DNA from: Nitrospirota bacterium
GTDB taxonomy: Bacteria > Nitrospirota > Nitrospiria > Nitrospirales > Nitrospiraceae
Direction of reading: 5' to 3'
Assembly: GCA_963701855.1 (NCBI GenBank)
Contig: CAVPBK010000006.1
Location: forward strand, 160,001 to 224,000
Length of the DNA stretch: 64,000 bases
The position numbers were made by a program, and so were the translations under genes. Below, in pieces: positions 20,415 to 30,853 of this stretch (the first letter of the stretch is position 1; the number at the start of each line of letters is the position of its first letter). Below the pieces are notes generated by a model. That model searched no databases, was not told the origin of the DNA, and saw nothing but the letters and a program-made list of their open reading frames with translations.

Positions 20415-20536
20415 GGGGTAGGGCCTGGGTGTGTTTCGATTGCGCGCATTGAGGGAGCACCGCCCATAATTTCACTATATCAATCATTCTTGCGTGCGCA
20501 CTCAGCGAGCACGGAAACACGCCCAGGCCCTACCCC
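20415..20536. repeat. Inverted-repeat element, family C, at the right edge of the island
   Basis: 23-bp IR GGGGTAGGGCCTGGGTGTGTTTC / GAAACACGCCCAGGCCCTACCCC with 1 mismatch. Confidence 0.75.
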
Positions 20537-20922
20537 ATCACCGCCGATCCATGATGATGTATCAGCAACCACTCATCCCCGATCCGCTCGAACAGATTTG
20601 TGGCTAACACCTGAGCCTGTTGCGGTTCGTCGGATTGATGGGTGGTGATGTTCTCCACGCAGACGACCCAGGCCAAATCTCCCGCCACCTGCACCGTCAC
20701 GTCGGTCAACTCGAACGTCATAGAAAAGGTGTTATTGAAGATCAGGACCCAGGAGTCGCGGACCGAAGGCCAATCCGACCGCAACGTCCAGCCAGGATGA
20801 ATGCAAGTCACATATTCCTGGTGCGCCCAAATCTTATCCATCTCGGCAATGTCGAGGTTGCCGAATGCGGCATAGAACGCGTGGTTCGCTTTGTTCACTT
20901 CTTCAATGCGTTGTTCCAGCAT
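20530..20922 (-). CDS. NTF2/SnoaL-like protein
   Basis: ANHAFYAAF, CIHPGW, ATNLF, HHHGS. Confidence 0.85.
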   Translation of the reverse strand: MLEQRIEEVNKANHAFYAAFGNLDIAEMDKIWAHQEYVTCIHPGWTLRSDWPSVRDSWVLIFNNTFSMTFELTDVTVQVAGDLAWVVCVENITTHQSDEPQQAQVLATNLFERIGDEWLLIHHHGSAVMG

Positions 20923-21023
20923 GCGTGGCTCCTTACTTGAAACATGAGCCGTATCATACTGCAATCACAGAGATGAGGGCGAGAGAGGAATGGGGGATGA
21001 GAGAAGCAGATAAATTCGATCTG

Positions 21024-21150
21024 GCAGGCTGCTCAAAAATCCCGCCAGCAAGGCCGCAGCCGATGAAAGCACCGGAGGCGTAGCCTCTGGGCTACGTTGA
21101 GGATGCTTTCGAGGGGAGAACGCCGCTGGTGGGTTTTTTCAGCAGTCTGC
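21024..21150 (+). repeat. Family A element copy 5
   Basis: GCAGGCTGCTCAAAAA...TTTTTCAGCAGTCTGC termini and shared core. Confidence 0.88.
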
Positions 21151-22046
21151 TAAAGGCGGGAGGTTTGCCGATCCACCACCCACACTCCGGCTAGGATCAA
21201 CGCAATGCCGAGGATTTCACTCGTGCCCACTGATTCGTTCAACATCACCGCAGATAGGACGATGGCGGCCACAGGCGTCAAATTGCCAAAGACGGAGGCG
21301 CGAGAAGGCCCAATGCCCTTCACGCCATATAACCACGCCTGTTGCGCGATAGCCGTGGCGAACAGGACCAGATACCCCAGCGCCATCCAATCCGCCGGCG
21401 ACACGGACCCGAGTCCCCCATCCAGCATCTTGCGATCCATCCACAACAAAGGAATTTGGAGAACCGTTGCGACGAGCAATGTCGTCCAATTGACAGTGAG
21501 GGCCGAGTGGCGCTCCATAAGCTGCCGGCTGCCGATACTGTAGAGGGCCCAACTGACCACGCCGAGAAAAACCAGCAGGCTGCCGAGAAGCGGCTGATCG
21601 CCCGCGGTCTGGAAGCCCGCCACTGAGACCAACCCCACCCCCGCGAAAGACAGGAGACCGCCCGCCCACAAGGCGCGCAACGGAACATCCCGAATCAACA
21701 TGGCCGAGAGCAGCGCAGTCACCACCGGACTCGATCCGATGATCACCCCGCCCACGGCCCCGCTCACATATTTGAGCCCCATCATAATGAACAGATGGTT
21801 GCCCAACACACCGAGCCCGAGCAGTCCCAACAGACGCGCATCCGCCTTGGTCAGTTTGGCCAAGGTGCCTTCCTGCCACCACCACATGGTCAGGAGAATC
21901 GCCAACCCACCGATGTCCCGCAGGACCGAAGCTTCAACAGCGGAGAATCCGCTCAGAGCCAGCTTCTGGGCCACAATCGACCCGCCCCAAAGCACAGCGG
22001 CAGCGATAATCGCTCCGTAGGCCAGGCGGTTTGTCTGAGGTGTCAT
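21150..22046 (-). CDS. EamA/DMT-family transporter
   Basis: About 10 TM helices in two EamA repeats. Confidence 0.88.
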   Translation of the reverse strand: MTPQTNRLAYGAIIAAAVLWGGSIVAQKLALSGFSAVEASVLRDIGGLAILLTMWWWQEGTLAKLTKADARLLGLLGLGVLGNHLFIMMGLKYVSGAVGGVIIGSSPVVTALLSAMLIRDVPLRALWAGGLLSFAGVGLVSVAGFQTAGDQPLLGSLLVFLGVVSWALYSIGSRQLMERHSALTVNWTTLLVATVLQIPLLWMDRKMLDGGLGSVSPADWMALGYLVLFATAIAQQAWLYGVKGIGPSRASVFGNLTPVAAIVLSAVMLNESVGTSEILGIALILAGVWVVDRQTSRL

Positions 22047-22090
22047 AATCAATGGCTACAGTCTTGTTGGTGGAGGCAAGCGATGTACGT

Positions 22091-22735
22091 TCAGGATTTA
22101 GGCCTGATGACCAAGACACCGTCCCTGATGGTGACCAGCACTGCTATGACACGCGGATCAGACGCGACCACTCGATTCAATTCTTGAATGGCCGCCGTTT
22201 TCTCGTCGGGCGCAGGCTGTTTCAGCACATCCCCGTCCCACAGGACGTTATCGATAAGAATGACCCCCCGCGGCGACAGCAAATCAAGCGATCGCCGGTA
22301 GTAGTTCACATAGTTGACTTTGTCGGCGTCGATGAAGATCAGATCGAACGGTCCCTTGAGCTGCCGCATCGTCTCAAGCGCCGGCCCCATGCGGATCTCG
22401 ATCTTCTTCCCGATCGGCAATTGCGCGAAATACTGGCGCGCGAGGGCGGCTGACTCCTCATCGACTTCGCAAGTGATCACTGTTCCATCCGCCGGTAACG
22501 CTTCTGCAAAACAGAGGGCGCTATAGCCGGTGAACATCCCGATTTCCAACACGCTGGTCGCCTGCACCAGCTGCGCCATCATCTTCAGAAAGGCTCCTTC
22601 GAGCGGCCCGACGATCATCTGCGGGGACTCCATGCGCCGCTGAGTCTCTTCCCGCAAGGCACAGCAGAGGTCCGACTCCGGCATGGAGTGGGCCTGGGCA
22701 TAGGCCTCGATGTCGACAGACAGGAGTTTACTCAT
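22091..22735 (-). CDS. SAM-dependent O-methyltransferase (caffeoyl-CoA OMT-like)
   Basis: LEIGMFTGYS, FIDADK, DNVLW. Confidence 0.9.
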   Translation of the reverse strand: MSKLLSVDIEAYAQAHSMPESDLCCALREETQRRMESPQMIVGPLEGAFLKMMAQLVQATSVLEIGMFTGYSALCFAEALPADGTVITCEVDEESAALARQYFAQLPIGKKIEIRMGPALETMRQLKGPFDLIFIDADKVNYVNYYRRSLDLLSPRGVILIDNVLWDGDVLKQPAPDEKTAAIQELNRVVASDPRVIAVLVTIRDGVLVIRPKS

Positions 22736-22846
22736 CGTTCTGTGCAACTATGGGTTTGAAAACGGATAGTTCGTTGCGTACACTACATCACAAGATGCAA
22801 ATCGGCGCGATCATAGCATGACGATTCCTGAAGGAAACACTCTACT

Positions 22847-24379
22847 GTGAAAACCCTGAAGACCGTGGAAGCCTTGACGACCAGACTCTTGGAAGTCCAG
22901 CGCATTAACAGCGCGGCCTCACTCCTCTCGTGGGATCAAGAAACCTACATGCCGGCCGGCGGGGGCGAGGCCCGCGCCGAACAGATTTCAACGCTCCAGG
23001 GCATCGCACACCAAAAGCTCGTCTCGCCGGAGGTTGAACAGTTACTCGCCAGCTGGGTCGATCCAGAGACCGGTGAGATCCGTGACAGCCCAGGTGAAAC
23101 TTGGGACGAGCCCGCTCGATCGTTACTCCGCGAAGTGTGGCGTGACTATAGCCGTGCGAAGAAACTGCCCTCGGACTTTGTCATCAAGCTCAGCCGGGAA
23201 TGTTCACTGGCGCAGCAGGTCTGGGCCGAAGCGAAGGAAAATCACGCCTTCTCGCAATTTCTTCCGAATCTCCGCACGGTCCTGTCACTCAAGCGAGAAG
23301 AGGCCGAGTATCTTGGCTACCGAGACTCGCCATACAATGCCTTACTCGATGTCTACGAACCGGATTCCACCATCGCGGCATTGCGTCCGTTGTTTGCACA
23401 AATCAAGGAGCGGCTTGTGCCGCTGCTCAAAAAAATTCAGCAGAGTTCGGTTCAGATCGACGATACGATTCTATTTCACACCTTCGATCAAGCGCGCCAA
23501 CTGGAGTTTGGCCGCATGGTCTTGATCGCCATGGGATATGATTTTGAACGGGGGCGCCTCGACCTGTCGGCACACCCCTTCACGACATCATTCCATCCGA
23601 CAGATGTGCGCGTCACGACTCGTGTGCACGAACACGACCTCCAATCCTGCCTGTTCAGTTGTATCCATGAAGGCGGCCATGGGCTGTACGACCAAGGCCT
23701 CGACCCCCGCTACTTCGGCACACCGCTGGGCGATTCGGTCTCGCTCGGCATTCATGAAAGCCAATCACGCATGTGGGAGAACTGCGTGGGCCGGTCTCGA
23801 CCGTTCTGGCGTTTCTTTTACCCCATGCTGCAGCAGACTTTTCATCATCAATTGCGCGCCCTCGACGTGGAACAATTCTACGCGGCCATTAATCGCGTGA
23901 GGCCGTCGCTGATCCGGGTCGAGGCCGATGAGCTTACCTACAATCTCCACATCATGCTGCGGTTCGAAATCGAGCAGGATCTCATTGAAGGCCGGACACG
24001 TCCGGAAGACTTGCCGGGGATCTGGAACCAAAAAATGGAGGAATACCTGGGCATCGTTCCCTCCAACGATGCGGAAGGCGTGCTGCAAGACGTCCATTGG
24101 TCGTTTGGCGCCTTCGGTTATTTCCCGACGTACACGCTGGGAAACCTCTACTCCGTTCAATTCTATGAACAGGCCAAACTGGAGATCCCCCATCTGGAGG
24201 ATGAAATTGCAGCAGGACAATTGATGGTGCTGCAGCGTTGGCTCGGACAGAAGATTCATCGCTGGGGCCGGATGTTCACACCGGATCACCTCTCCCGACG
24301 AGTAACGGGAAGGAGCCTCGATCCTGAACCGTTCCTCTCCTATGTAGAACGGAAGTATGGAGAGCTCTACCACCTCTAG
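22847..24379 (+). CDS. Carboxypeptidase, M32 family
   Basis: HPF, DVRVTTR, HEGGH, HESQ, IRVEAD, GYFPTY. Confidence 0.93.
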   Translation: MKTLKTVEALTTRLLEVQRINSAASLLSWDQETYMPAGGGEARAEQISTLQGIAHQKLVSPEVEQLLASWVDPETGEIRDSPGETWDEPARSLLREVWRDYSRAKKLPSDFVIKLSRECSLAQQVWAEAKENHAFSQFLPNLRTVLSLKREEAEYLGYRDSPYNALLDVYEPDSTIAALRPLFAQIKERLVPLLKKIQQSSVQIDDTILFHTFDQARQLEFGRMVLIAMGYDFERGRLDLSAHPFTTSFHPTDVRVTTRVHEHDLQSCLFSCIHEGGHGLYDQGLDPRYFGTPLGDSVSLGIHESQSRMWENCVGRSRPFWRFFYPMLQQTFHHQLRALDVEQFYAAINRVRPSLIRVEADELTYNLHIMLRFEIEQDLIEGRTRPEDLPGIWNQKMEEYLGIVPSNDAEGVLQDVHWSFGAFGYFPTYTLGNLYSVQFYEQAKLEIPHLEDEIAAGQLMVLQRWLGQKIHRWGRMFTPDHLSRRVTGRSLDPEPFLSYVERKYGELYHL

Positions 24380-24711
24380 CGGCTGCAGAAAAAAATCTAT
24401 GGGCACATCGGACTTCATGGAGCCGAACGTCTAGGACAAGAAGAGCATGCCACGCAGGATGTTCAAAAAGTTCGTCCAGCAAGGCCGCAGCGAGTGAAGG
24501 CCCGAGGAGGTACAGACCGCACTTCTGTGTGGGCCGTTCGCCCCTATAATGGATCTTGGCGAACGGAAAAGTCCCTCCAATGTTTCTGACCTTCGAGAGA
24601 CTCCTCCTCAACGTTGAGGATCTGACGATGCGAGAGCGCCGCATGGGAATAGGCGCGTCTCGGCGCGCCTGGGTTGGGCGGGTGAGAAGAGCGACTTTTT
24701 CAGCGTCCTGC
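24379..24711 (+). repeat. Family A element copy 6, composite (left extension plus inserts X and Y)
   Basis: Two left termini, core, and modules shared with copies 3 and 8. Confidence 0.85.
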
Positions 24712-24721
24712 CAGCGGGAGG

Positions 24722-25285
24722 CTAATATCCCATCGCTTGATTGAGCCTAGCCAGCACCGCTGTAGGCAATATGAACTCCGCCTGCACCTCAATGCGAGAC
24801 GGCACCAAGATCGTCGTATGGAAAACGATATCGCGGATCGGGATCTTAAACTCCGGTTGTTGGGGGGTGCTCAATTCGACTGACTCGACCGACAGGGTGA
24901 TCGCCCCGCTATCTTGAGGCCCATACACCGTCACGACCGCCTTCAGAATCTCTAGGACCTTCTCGTTCGTCTCAACCCCTTCAATGCCCTTTTCCAGCAA
25001 CGGAATGACCTCTTCCTGCGCCTGGTCGGACAGCGTGAAGTTTTCCACCTGTTCTTTCCGGCGCAGCGACATGAGGTCGTTATCGAGATCCTTGCTGAAA
25101 GCCCCATAGGCAAACCGAAAGAACTCAAAATGAAAACCTTTGAAGCTTTTGCCGAACATCTGCAGCTCACACAAAAAGCATAATTGTTGCAGTTTTACGT
25201 CGCTGAGCAGCCCGTAGGGCTCCGCCAGATGCAGGACGTAGAGCAAGAGAGCCCGGTCGACCGTAATCTGATTGGGTTGTCTCAT
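24722..25285 (-). CDS. Hypothetical protein with a SocA/Panacea (DUF4065)-like N-terminus
   Basis: KLQQLCFLCE...F....YGAFS resembles the KLQKLLY...YGP motif. Confidence 0.55.
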   Translation of the reverse strand: MRQPNQITVDRALLLYVLHLAEPYGLLSDVKLQQLCFLCELQMFGKSFKGFHFEFFRFAYGAFSKDLDNDLMSLRRKEQVENFTLSDQAQEEVIPLLEKGIEGVETNEKVLEILKAVVTVYGPQDSGAITLSVESVELSTPQQPEFKIPIRDIVFHTTILVPSRIEVQAEFILPTAVLARLNQAMGY

Positions 25286-25440
25286 ACTGGTAGTTGCGCG
25301 AACGTTCTGCCGCTTGGAGGGCTGCACTATAGACAGCGGCGGAGATCTCCGTCAATTCCTCCCTTTAAGGCACGTGCGGCTTGAAGCCCCTTGACCGGAT
25401 GATCAGTTTGGTCTTTAATGAGCCTCATCGGAGGCCTGTC

Positions 25441-25875
25441 TTGACAAATACACGTGTAAAAGAAATGCAGGCATTAAAGGAACACCTGGGTAAGCATCAG
25501 CTCAAGCTCACCCGCCAACGCGAATTGATTCTGAACGCCTTCCTCCGGCAAGAACACATTACAGCGGAGGCCATGTATCACCAGCTGGCTAAGTCAGATC
25601 CTCATCTGGGGCTCGCAACCATCTATCGGACACTCAATCTGTTCTGCGATGCCGGCCTTGCGCAAGCCCGGCATTTCGGCTCTCAGACGAAATACGACAA
25701 CGTCTCCCATAAAGGCCACCACGATCACCTCATCTGCACCGGATGCGAGAAGATCGTGGAATTTGAAAACGAAGAAATCGAGCGGCTCCAGGAAGAAGTA
25801 GCCACCCGGAACGGATTTACCATCAAAACCCACCGACTTGAGCTGTACGGCCTCTGTTCTCGCTGCCGTCATTGA
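25441..25875 (+). CDS. fur: Fur-family transcriptional regulator
   Basis: TRQR, LATIYRTL, HHDHLICxxC, CxxC; TTG start after GGAGG. Confidence 0.9.
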   Translation: MTNTRVKEMQALKEHLGKHQLKLTRQRELILNAFLRQEHITAEAMYHQLAKSDPHLGLATIYRTLNLFCDAGLAQARHFGSQTKYDNVSHKGHHDHLICTGCEKIVEFENEEIERLQEEVATRNGFTIKTHRLELYGLCSRCRH

Positions 25876-25901
25876 CGAACCAACTTTTTTTCAGTATCAT
25901 T

Positions 25902-25918
25902 TTGAGACAGTTTATCAA
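25902..25918. promoter_or_regulatory. Putative Fur box
   Basis: TTGAGACAGTTTATCAA dyad upstream of the iron ABC operon. Confidence 0.6.
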
Positions 25919-25942
25919 TTTCAATTCCATGAGGATCTCCAC

Positions 25943-26983
25943 ATGTTACTTACATGCTCCGTGCCCACATTATGTCGAACGATCCTCTCAAGCCTCCTTC
26001 TACTCTTTGCGGCCGGAACCTTTGTGCCCTCGGCCCAGGCTGCCGATACCCTCACGATTTACTCCGGTCGCTCGGAACGTCTCATCAAGCCGGTGCTCGA
26101 CGCCTTTACAACAAATACCGGCATTCAAATCGAGCTGTTGTCATCCGGCACGACGGAATTGGTCAATCGGCTGAAGGCTGAAGGCGATCGCACATCGGCA
26201 GATCTCTTGATCACCAATGACGCCGGCAGTTTGGAACTAGCCCGGGCAGCCGGCCTCCTCCATCCATTGAATATGCGGGAAGTTGACCGCGCCATCCCAC
26301 CCCAGTTTCGAGCATCGGATAATGCCTGGGTGGGACTTTCCGGACGATTCTGGATCGTGGTGTATAACACCACGATGGTAAAACCTGACCAAATAAAGTC
26401 GCTCCTCGACCTTGCCGATCCGAAATGGAAAGATAAGATTGCAATTCCGAATTCCGGCAGCGAGTATCTGCAAGCAGGCGTGTCGGTCATCCGCGCCACC
26501 TATGGCGATGAGAAGACCAGGCAGTTTCTGCAAGGCCTCAAAACCAATGCGGACAACCAGGTCTACCAGAAAAGCTCACAAATCGTGGATGCTGTCGCCA
26601 AGGGGCAAGTTGCCTTGGGTATCGTGAATCACTACTACGTGTACCGTCATCTGGCTGCTCAGCCAGGGGCGCCGATCGCGGTGGTGATGCCGGATCAGCA
26701 AGAAGGCGGCATGGGGGCGATCATGAACGTAGCCGGCGTCGGTATCATCAAGTCGACCAAGCGCCTCGATAGCGCCAAGCTGCTCGTGGAATTCTTAGTT
26801 GCTCAAGCAGGACAGAAGTTATTTGCGGAACTCGACAAGGAATATCCTCTCCACCAGGATGTAAAGGCAGACCCAGCGCTCGTAGACCGAAAGAGTTTCC
26901 GCGCGGCGCTGGTCCCCCTATCCAAGCTGGCTGAACTGCGCGAGCCAACTATCACATTGATCGAACAAGTGGGTCTCCGGTAA
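25943..26983 (+). CDS. Fe(III) ABC transporter substrate-binding protein (FutA/FbpA-like)
   Basis: LTIYSGR, NHYY tandem Tyr, EYPL, signal peptide. Confidence 0.88.
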   Translation: MLLTCSVPTLCRTILSSLLLLFAAGTFVPSAQAADTLTIYSGRSERLIKPVLDAFTTNTGIQIELLSSGTTELVNRLKAEGDRTSADLLITNDAGSLELARAAGLLHPLNMREVDRAIPPQFRASDNAWVGLSGRFWIVVYNTTMVKPDQIKSLLDLADPKWKDKIAIPNSGSEYLQAGVSVIRATYGDEKTRQFLQGLKTNADNQVYQKSSQIVDAVAKGQVALGIVNHYYVYRHLAAQPGAPIAVVMPDQQEGGMGAIMNVAGVGIIKSTKRLDSAKLLVEFLVAQAGQKLFAELDKEYPLHQDVKADPALVDRKSFRAALVPLSKLAELREPTITLIEQVGLR

Positions 26984-26999
26984 CTCGAAGGGACCCATC

Positions 27000-28583
27000 G
27001 TGAACACGAATCGCCACCAACTTGTTTCGCCACTGCAACTCGTTGCCTTGGCTACTGCCGGAATTATTCTCCTCCCGCTCGGCTATGTCACCGCACAAGC
27101 CCTCTCAGCCGATCCAGTTGTCTGGAGCCGTTTGTGGGCGACTCGCATTCCCGAGCTGCTGTTCAACACCGTCTCGCTGGCTGGCAGCGTGTCGGTCATC
27201 ACGCTAGTCCTCGGCGTCTCGACTGCCTGGCTGGTGACACGCGTAGAGTTTCCTGGTCGCAGACTGTGGGAGGGCGCCTTGGTCCTTCCATTGGCAATGC
27301 CGACCTATGTGCTGGCCTATGTTTATTCCTACCTCTTGGGATTCGGCGGCCCTGTCGAGCATCTCTGGCAACTACTGGCCGGACCCCAGGCGAGAATCTT
27401 TTCTCCCCATAGTTACTGGGGCGCGACACTCGTGATGGCATTGGATACCTTTCCCTTCGTCTATCTCCTCAGTCGGAGTGCGCTTCTCAGCATGAACGTG
27501 TCGTTCGAAGAGGTGGCACGGGCCAGCGGCGTTTCCCGTCTCTCGACTCTCTGGCGCGTGACGCTGCCGCTGATGCGTCCTTCGATCGCCGCCGGGGTTG
27601 CGCTCGTCATCTTGTACGTCGTGTCGGACTTCGGTGCGGTGTCATTGCTTCGCTACCAGACGCTCACCTATGCCGTGTTTCAGCAGATGACCGGACGATC
27701 CGACAATACCGCAGCGAGCATCTTGAGTCTCCTGCTGGTCGCGCTGGCACTGATTTTCCTGATCACTGAACGGTGGTTCCGACAACGGAGCCGGTTTTAT
27801 CAGACTACAGGCCGCTACCGAGCTCCTCAACGGCGCCAATATGGCTGGCTTGGCACCGCCGCCGTCACCGGCTATCTCGGGCTGATCATCGGTACAGCCT
27901 TCGCACTCCCAACCTCGCTATTGATTCAATGGAGCCTGTCGCCAGAGGCGCAGGCTACACTCGACAGCCGATTCTTCGGGTTCGTCTGGAACAGCGGCAT
28001 CCTGGCTGCCTGTGCCGCCACAGGTGGCGTATTGATCGGCTTGCCGCTGGCCTACCTGGCCAGCCGCCGCCCGACTGTGCTGAATCTGGGCTGTCTGCAA
28101 GCCGCCTATGCTGGCTATGTGCTTCCAGGACCGGTGGCGGCACTGGCTGTCCTCGTCCTCTTTACCAAGCTGGCTCCGGTGTTCTACGGCTCAGTACTGA
28201 TCCTCATCGTGGCCTACGTGATTCATTTTCTCCCAGCCGGCCTCCAGTCTCTGGAGCCGGCGCTCCAGCATATGTCGCCAAATCTGGAAGAAGTCGCACG
28301 CACACTGGGCCTTGGAATGCGTGACACCTGGCGACGGGTAACACTGCCACTTATTCGGAACGGATTTGTCGTAGCCTGGGTTTTGATATTTCTACAGACG
28401 ATGAAGGAATTACCTGCGACTCTTTTGTTGCGGCCGGTGGGATTCGACACCCTGGCCATTCGTGTCTGGATGGAAGCGAGCGAGGAATATTATCAGCTCG
28501 CCGCCCCCTCCGCGCTCCTCATTGTCTTACTAAGTCTCCCGGCACTGGTCTTGTTGGTCTCCAAAGATTGGCGCGCAGGATAG
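27000..28583 (+). CDS. Fe(III) ABC transporter permease
   Basis: Two EEVAR...G EAA loops, DFGAV, MKELPATLLLRP. Confidence 0.9.
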   Translation: MNTNRHQLVSPLQLVALATAGIILLPLGYVTAQALSADPVVWSRLWATRIPELLFNTVSLAGSVSVITLVLGVSTAWLVTRVEFPGRRLWEGALVLPLAMPTYVLAYVYSYLLGFGGPVEHLWQLLAGPQARIFSPHSYWGATLVMALDTFPFVYLLSRSALLSMNVSFEEVARASGVSRLSTLWRVTLPLMRPSIAAGVALVILYVVSDFGAVSLLRYQTLTYAVFQQMTGRSDNTAASILSLLLVALALIFLITERWFRQRSRFYQTTGRYRAPQRRQYGWLGTAAVTGYLGLIIGTAFALPTSLLIQWSLSPEAQATLDSRFFGFVWNSGILAACAATGGVLIGLPLAYLASRRPTVLNLGCLQAAYAGYVLPGPVAALAVLVLFTKLAPVFYGSVLILIVAYVIHFLPAGLQSLEPALQHMSPNLEEVARTLGLGMRDTWRRVTLPLIRNGFVVAWVLIFLQTMKELPATLLLRPVGFDTLAIRVWMEASEEYYQLAAPSALLIVLLSLPALVLLVSKDWRAG

Positions 28584-28785
28584 CAGGATGCTGAAAAACT
28601 ATGTTGAGACAGCGAGAACTTCGATAGGCACACATGTGGGGCAACAGGAAAGCATCGCGAAGGATGCTCAAAAAGACCGTCCAGCAAGGCCGCAGGCGAG
28701 TCGAAACCGGAGGCGTACCCTCTTGGGGTACGTTGAGGATTTCGGTGAGCCGAGAACGAAGCTGGCGGACTTTTTCAGCATCCTG
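28583..28785 (+). repeat. Family A element copy 7, with left extension
   Basis: GCAGGATGCTGAAAAA...TTTTTCAGCATCCTG, inserted inside the ABC operon. Confidence 0.88.
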
Positions 28786-28807
28786 GTAGAGAAAGGATCG
28801 TGATTCC

Positions 28808-29932
28808 GTGATCTCCGACCATTCCACTGCGCCACGCCCATCCGGGAAGGGCACATTCCAAGGCAACCTCTTTACACCCGCCTCCTCGATCTTGGAACTT
28901 CGCCACGTCTCCTGCGCCTACGAAACCGGCCGCCCAGCGGTCCAGGAAGTCTCATTCGCGGCAAGGGAGAGTGAAATTCTCTGCCTGCTCGGCCCCTCTG
29001 GATGCGGGAAAACGACAATTCTTCGGGCGATCGCTGGATTTGAACCAGTTCGCTCCGGCCAGATTTTCTTATCCGGCCAGCTCGTGTCGTCATCGGACAC
29101 GATGACCCCTACGGAGACCCGGCGCGTCGGGATGGTCTTTCAAGAATATGCGCTGTTTCCCCATCTGCGTGTACAGGACAACATCGCATTCGGCCTCCGC
29201 CATCTCGCTCGAAGCGTTCGCTCCGAGCAGGTCCAGGAGATGCTGCGCCTCACAGGACTAGAGGGATTCGAGCGGCGGTATCCGCACGAATTATCGGGTG
29301 GCCAACAACAACGGGTCGCGCTGGCTCGCGCCCTCGTTCAAAATCCTGTCGTGCTGCTGCTCGACGAGCCGTTCAGCAATTTGGACCCTGACATGGCCGG
29401 ACGCATGCGCCAAGAGTTGCACGACCTGTTACGCCGGACGAAAACAACGACCGTGCTCGTCACACACGATCATGACGAAGCCTTTGCCATGGCCGACCGG
29501 ATTGCCGTGCTCAACCAGGGCCGCTTGGAACAGTTCGATACGCCGGAAATCATGTACCACATGCCGGCCACGCCCTTCGTAGCCGACTTTGTCGGTCAGG
29601 CGGACTTCATTCCTGGAACCGTGTCTCAAGGCATGGTCCACACCGAACTGGGAGAGTTCCCCAACACGATCGAGTGCAAAGACGGCACCGCCGTGGTCGT
29701 CATGATTCGGCCGGACGACATTCACCTCGTCCCCACGGAAGGCGCCCGCGCACGCGTCATCTCTCGCCAGTTCCATGGCTCAGAGAATCTGTACGCGGTC
29801 AGTCTCCCATCCGGTCAAATTGTCCATAGCAGTCAAGGTTCCACGAGCGTCTATCAGGCAGGCACGACGGTGGAACTCCGTGTCTTGGCTACCCATACGG
29901 TGCTGTTTCGGCGAGAGGAATCCACCGGATAG
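28808..29932 (+). CDS. Fe(III) ABC transporter ATP-binding protein
   Basis: GPSGCGKT, LSGGQQQ, LLLDEP, TOBE-like tail. Confidence 0.92.
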   Translation: MISDHSTAPRPSGKGTFQGNLFTPASSILELRHVSCAYETGRPAVQEVSFAARESEILCLLGPSGCGKTTILRAIAGFEPVRSGQIFLSGQLVSSSDTMTPTETRRVGMVFQEYALFPHLRVQDNIAFGLRHLARSVRSEQVQEMLRLTGLEGFERRYPHELSGGQQQRVALARALVQNPVVLLLDEPFSNLDPDMAGRMRQELHDLLRRTKTTTVLVTHDHDEAFAMADRIAVLNQGRLEQFDTPEIMYHMPATPFVADFVGQADFIPGTVSQGMVHTELGEFPNTIECKDGTAVVVMIRPDDIHLVPTEGARARVISRQFHGSENLYAVSLPSGQIVHSSQGSTSVYQAGTTVELRVLATHTVLFRREESTG

Positions 29933-30063
29933 GTATCGCAGCCAATCCGACCAATCGCACGAGAGCATTGACAGGCTTTTTCACGATCTGGCATTGATAG
30001 ACCCTCACGACGGTCTCTAGCCTACCAGTTCGTGAATTACTGAGTGATAATGAGGCATCGTCT

Positions 30064-30495
30064 ATGAACGCGCTACAAAGCCTGGTCGATTATGGAGTCA
30101 TCGGACTCCTGCTAGCGCTCAGCGTCTGGACGGTCGCCATTGCGGTGGAGCGGTGGCTCTTTTACCGCCGTGTCGATCTCGCTCAATACCCCAGCAGCCT
30201 GGGATTGGAGATGGCTTTGACCAAACACCTGGTCATCATCGGCACGGTAGCCGCGAACGCCCCATATATCGGTTTGCTGGGCACCGTGCTCGGTATCATG
30301 CTCACCTTCCATACGATGGGGACCTCCGGCACCATGGCCGTCAATGCCATCATGATCGGGCTCAGCCTTGCGCTGAAGGCTACGGCGGTCGGACTGATGG
30401 TTGCAATTCCCTGCGTCGTCATGAATAACATACTCCGGCGGAAGGTGGCGGAACTTCTCGCCCGACACAAGGAACAGCATGCAGCGGGACATTGA
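30064..30495 (+). CDS. exbB: ExbB, short form
   Basis: APYIGLLGTVLGIM, ALKATAVGL. Confidence 0.9.
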   Translation: MNALQSLVDYGVIGLLLALSVWTVAIAVERWLFYRRVDLAQYPSSLGLEMALTKHLVIIGTVAANAPYIGLLGTVLGIMLTFHTMGTSGTMAVNAIMIGLSLALKATAVGLMVAIPCVVMNNILRRKVAELLARHKEQHAAGH

Positions 30496-30853
30496 CCAAA
30501 TCAACGTCATCCCCCTCGTGGACGTCATGCTGGTCCTGTTGGTCATCGTGCTGACTACCGCCACCTTTATCAGCAGCGGACAAATTCCGGTCAATTTGGC
30601 AAAAGCGAAGGAAGTCGGCAATCGTAAAGAGGCTCCCATTGTCATCACCCTGACTGCCGATGGCGCACTCTTTCTCAACAACCGCGCCGTTCTTGAAGGA
30701 GGGCTCCAGGGAGCACTGGCTGCGGAACCTCGTGAGTCGTCGGTGATCGTGCGGGCGGATAAAGTCACCCTCCTCGAACGATTCGTGTCCGTGGTCGATG
30801 AAGTGCGTGGTTTGGGATTCCAACAAGTCAGTCTAGAGGTCATTCGACTGTGA
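30479..30853 (+). CDS. exbD: ExbD
   Basis: INVIPLVDVMLVLL, RADK. Confidence 0.9.
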   Translation: MQRDIDQINVIPLVDVMLVLLVIVLTTATFISSGQIPVNLAKAKEVGNRKEAPIVITLTADGALFLNNRAVLEGGLQGALAAEPRESSVIVRADKVTLLERFVSVVDEVRGLGFQQVSLEVIRL

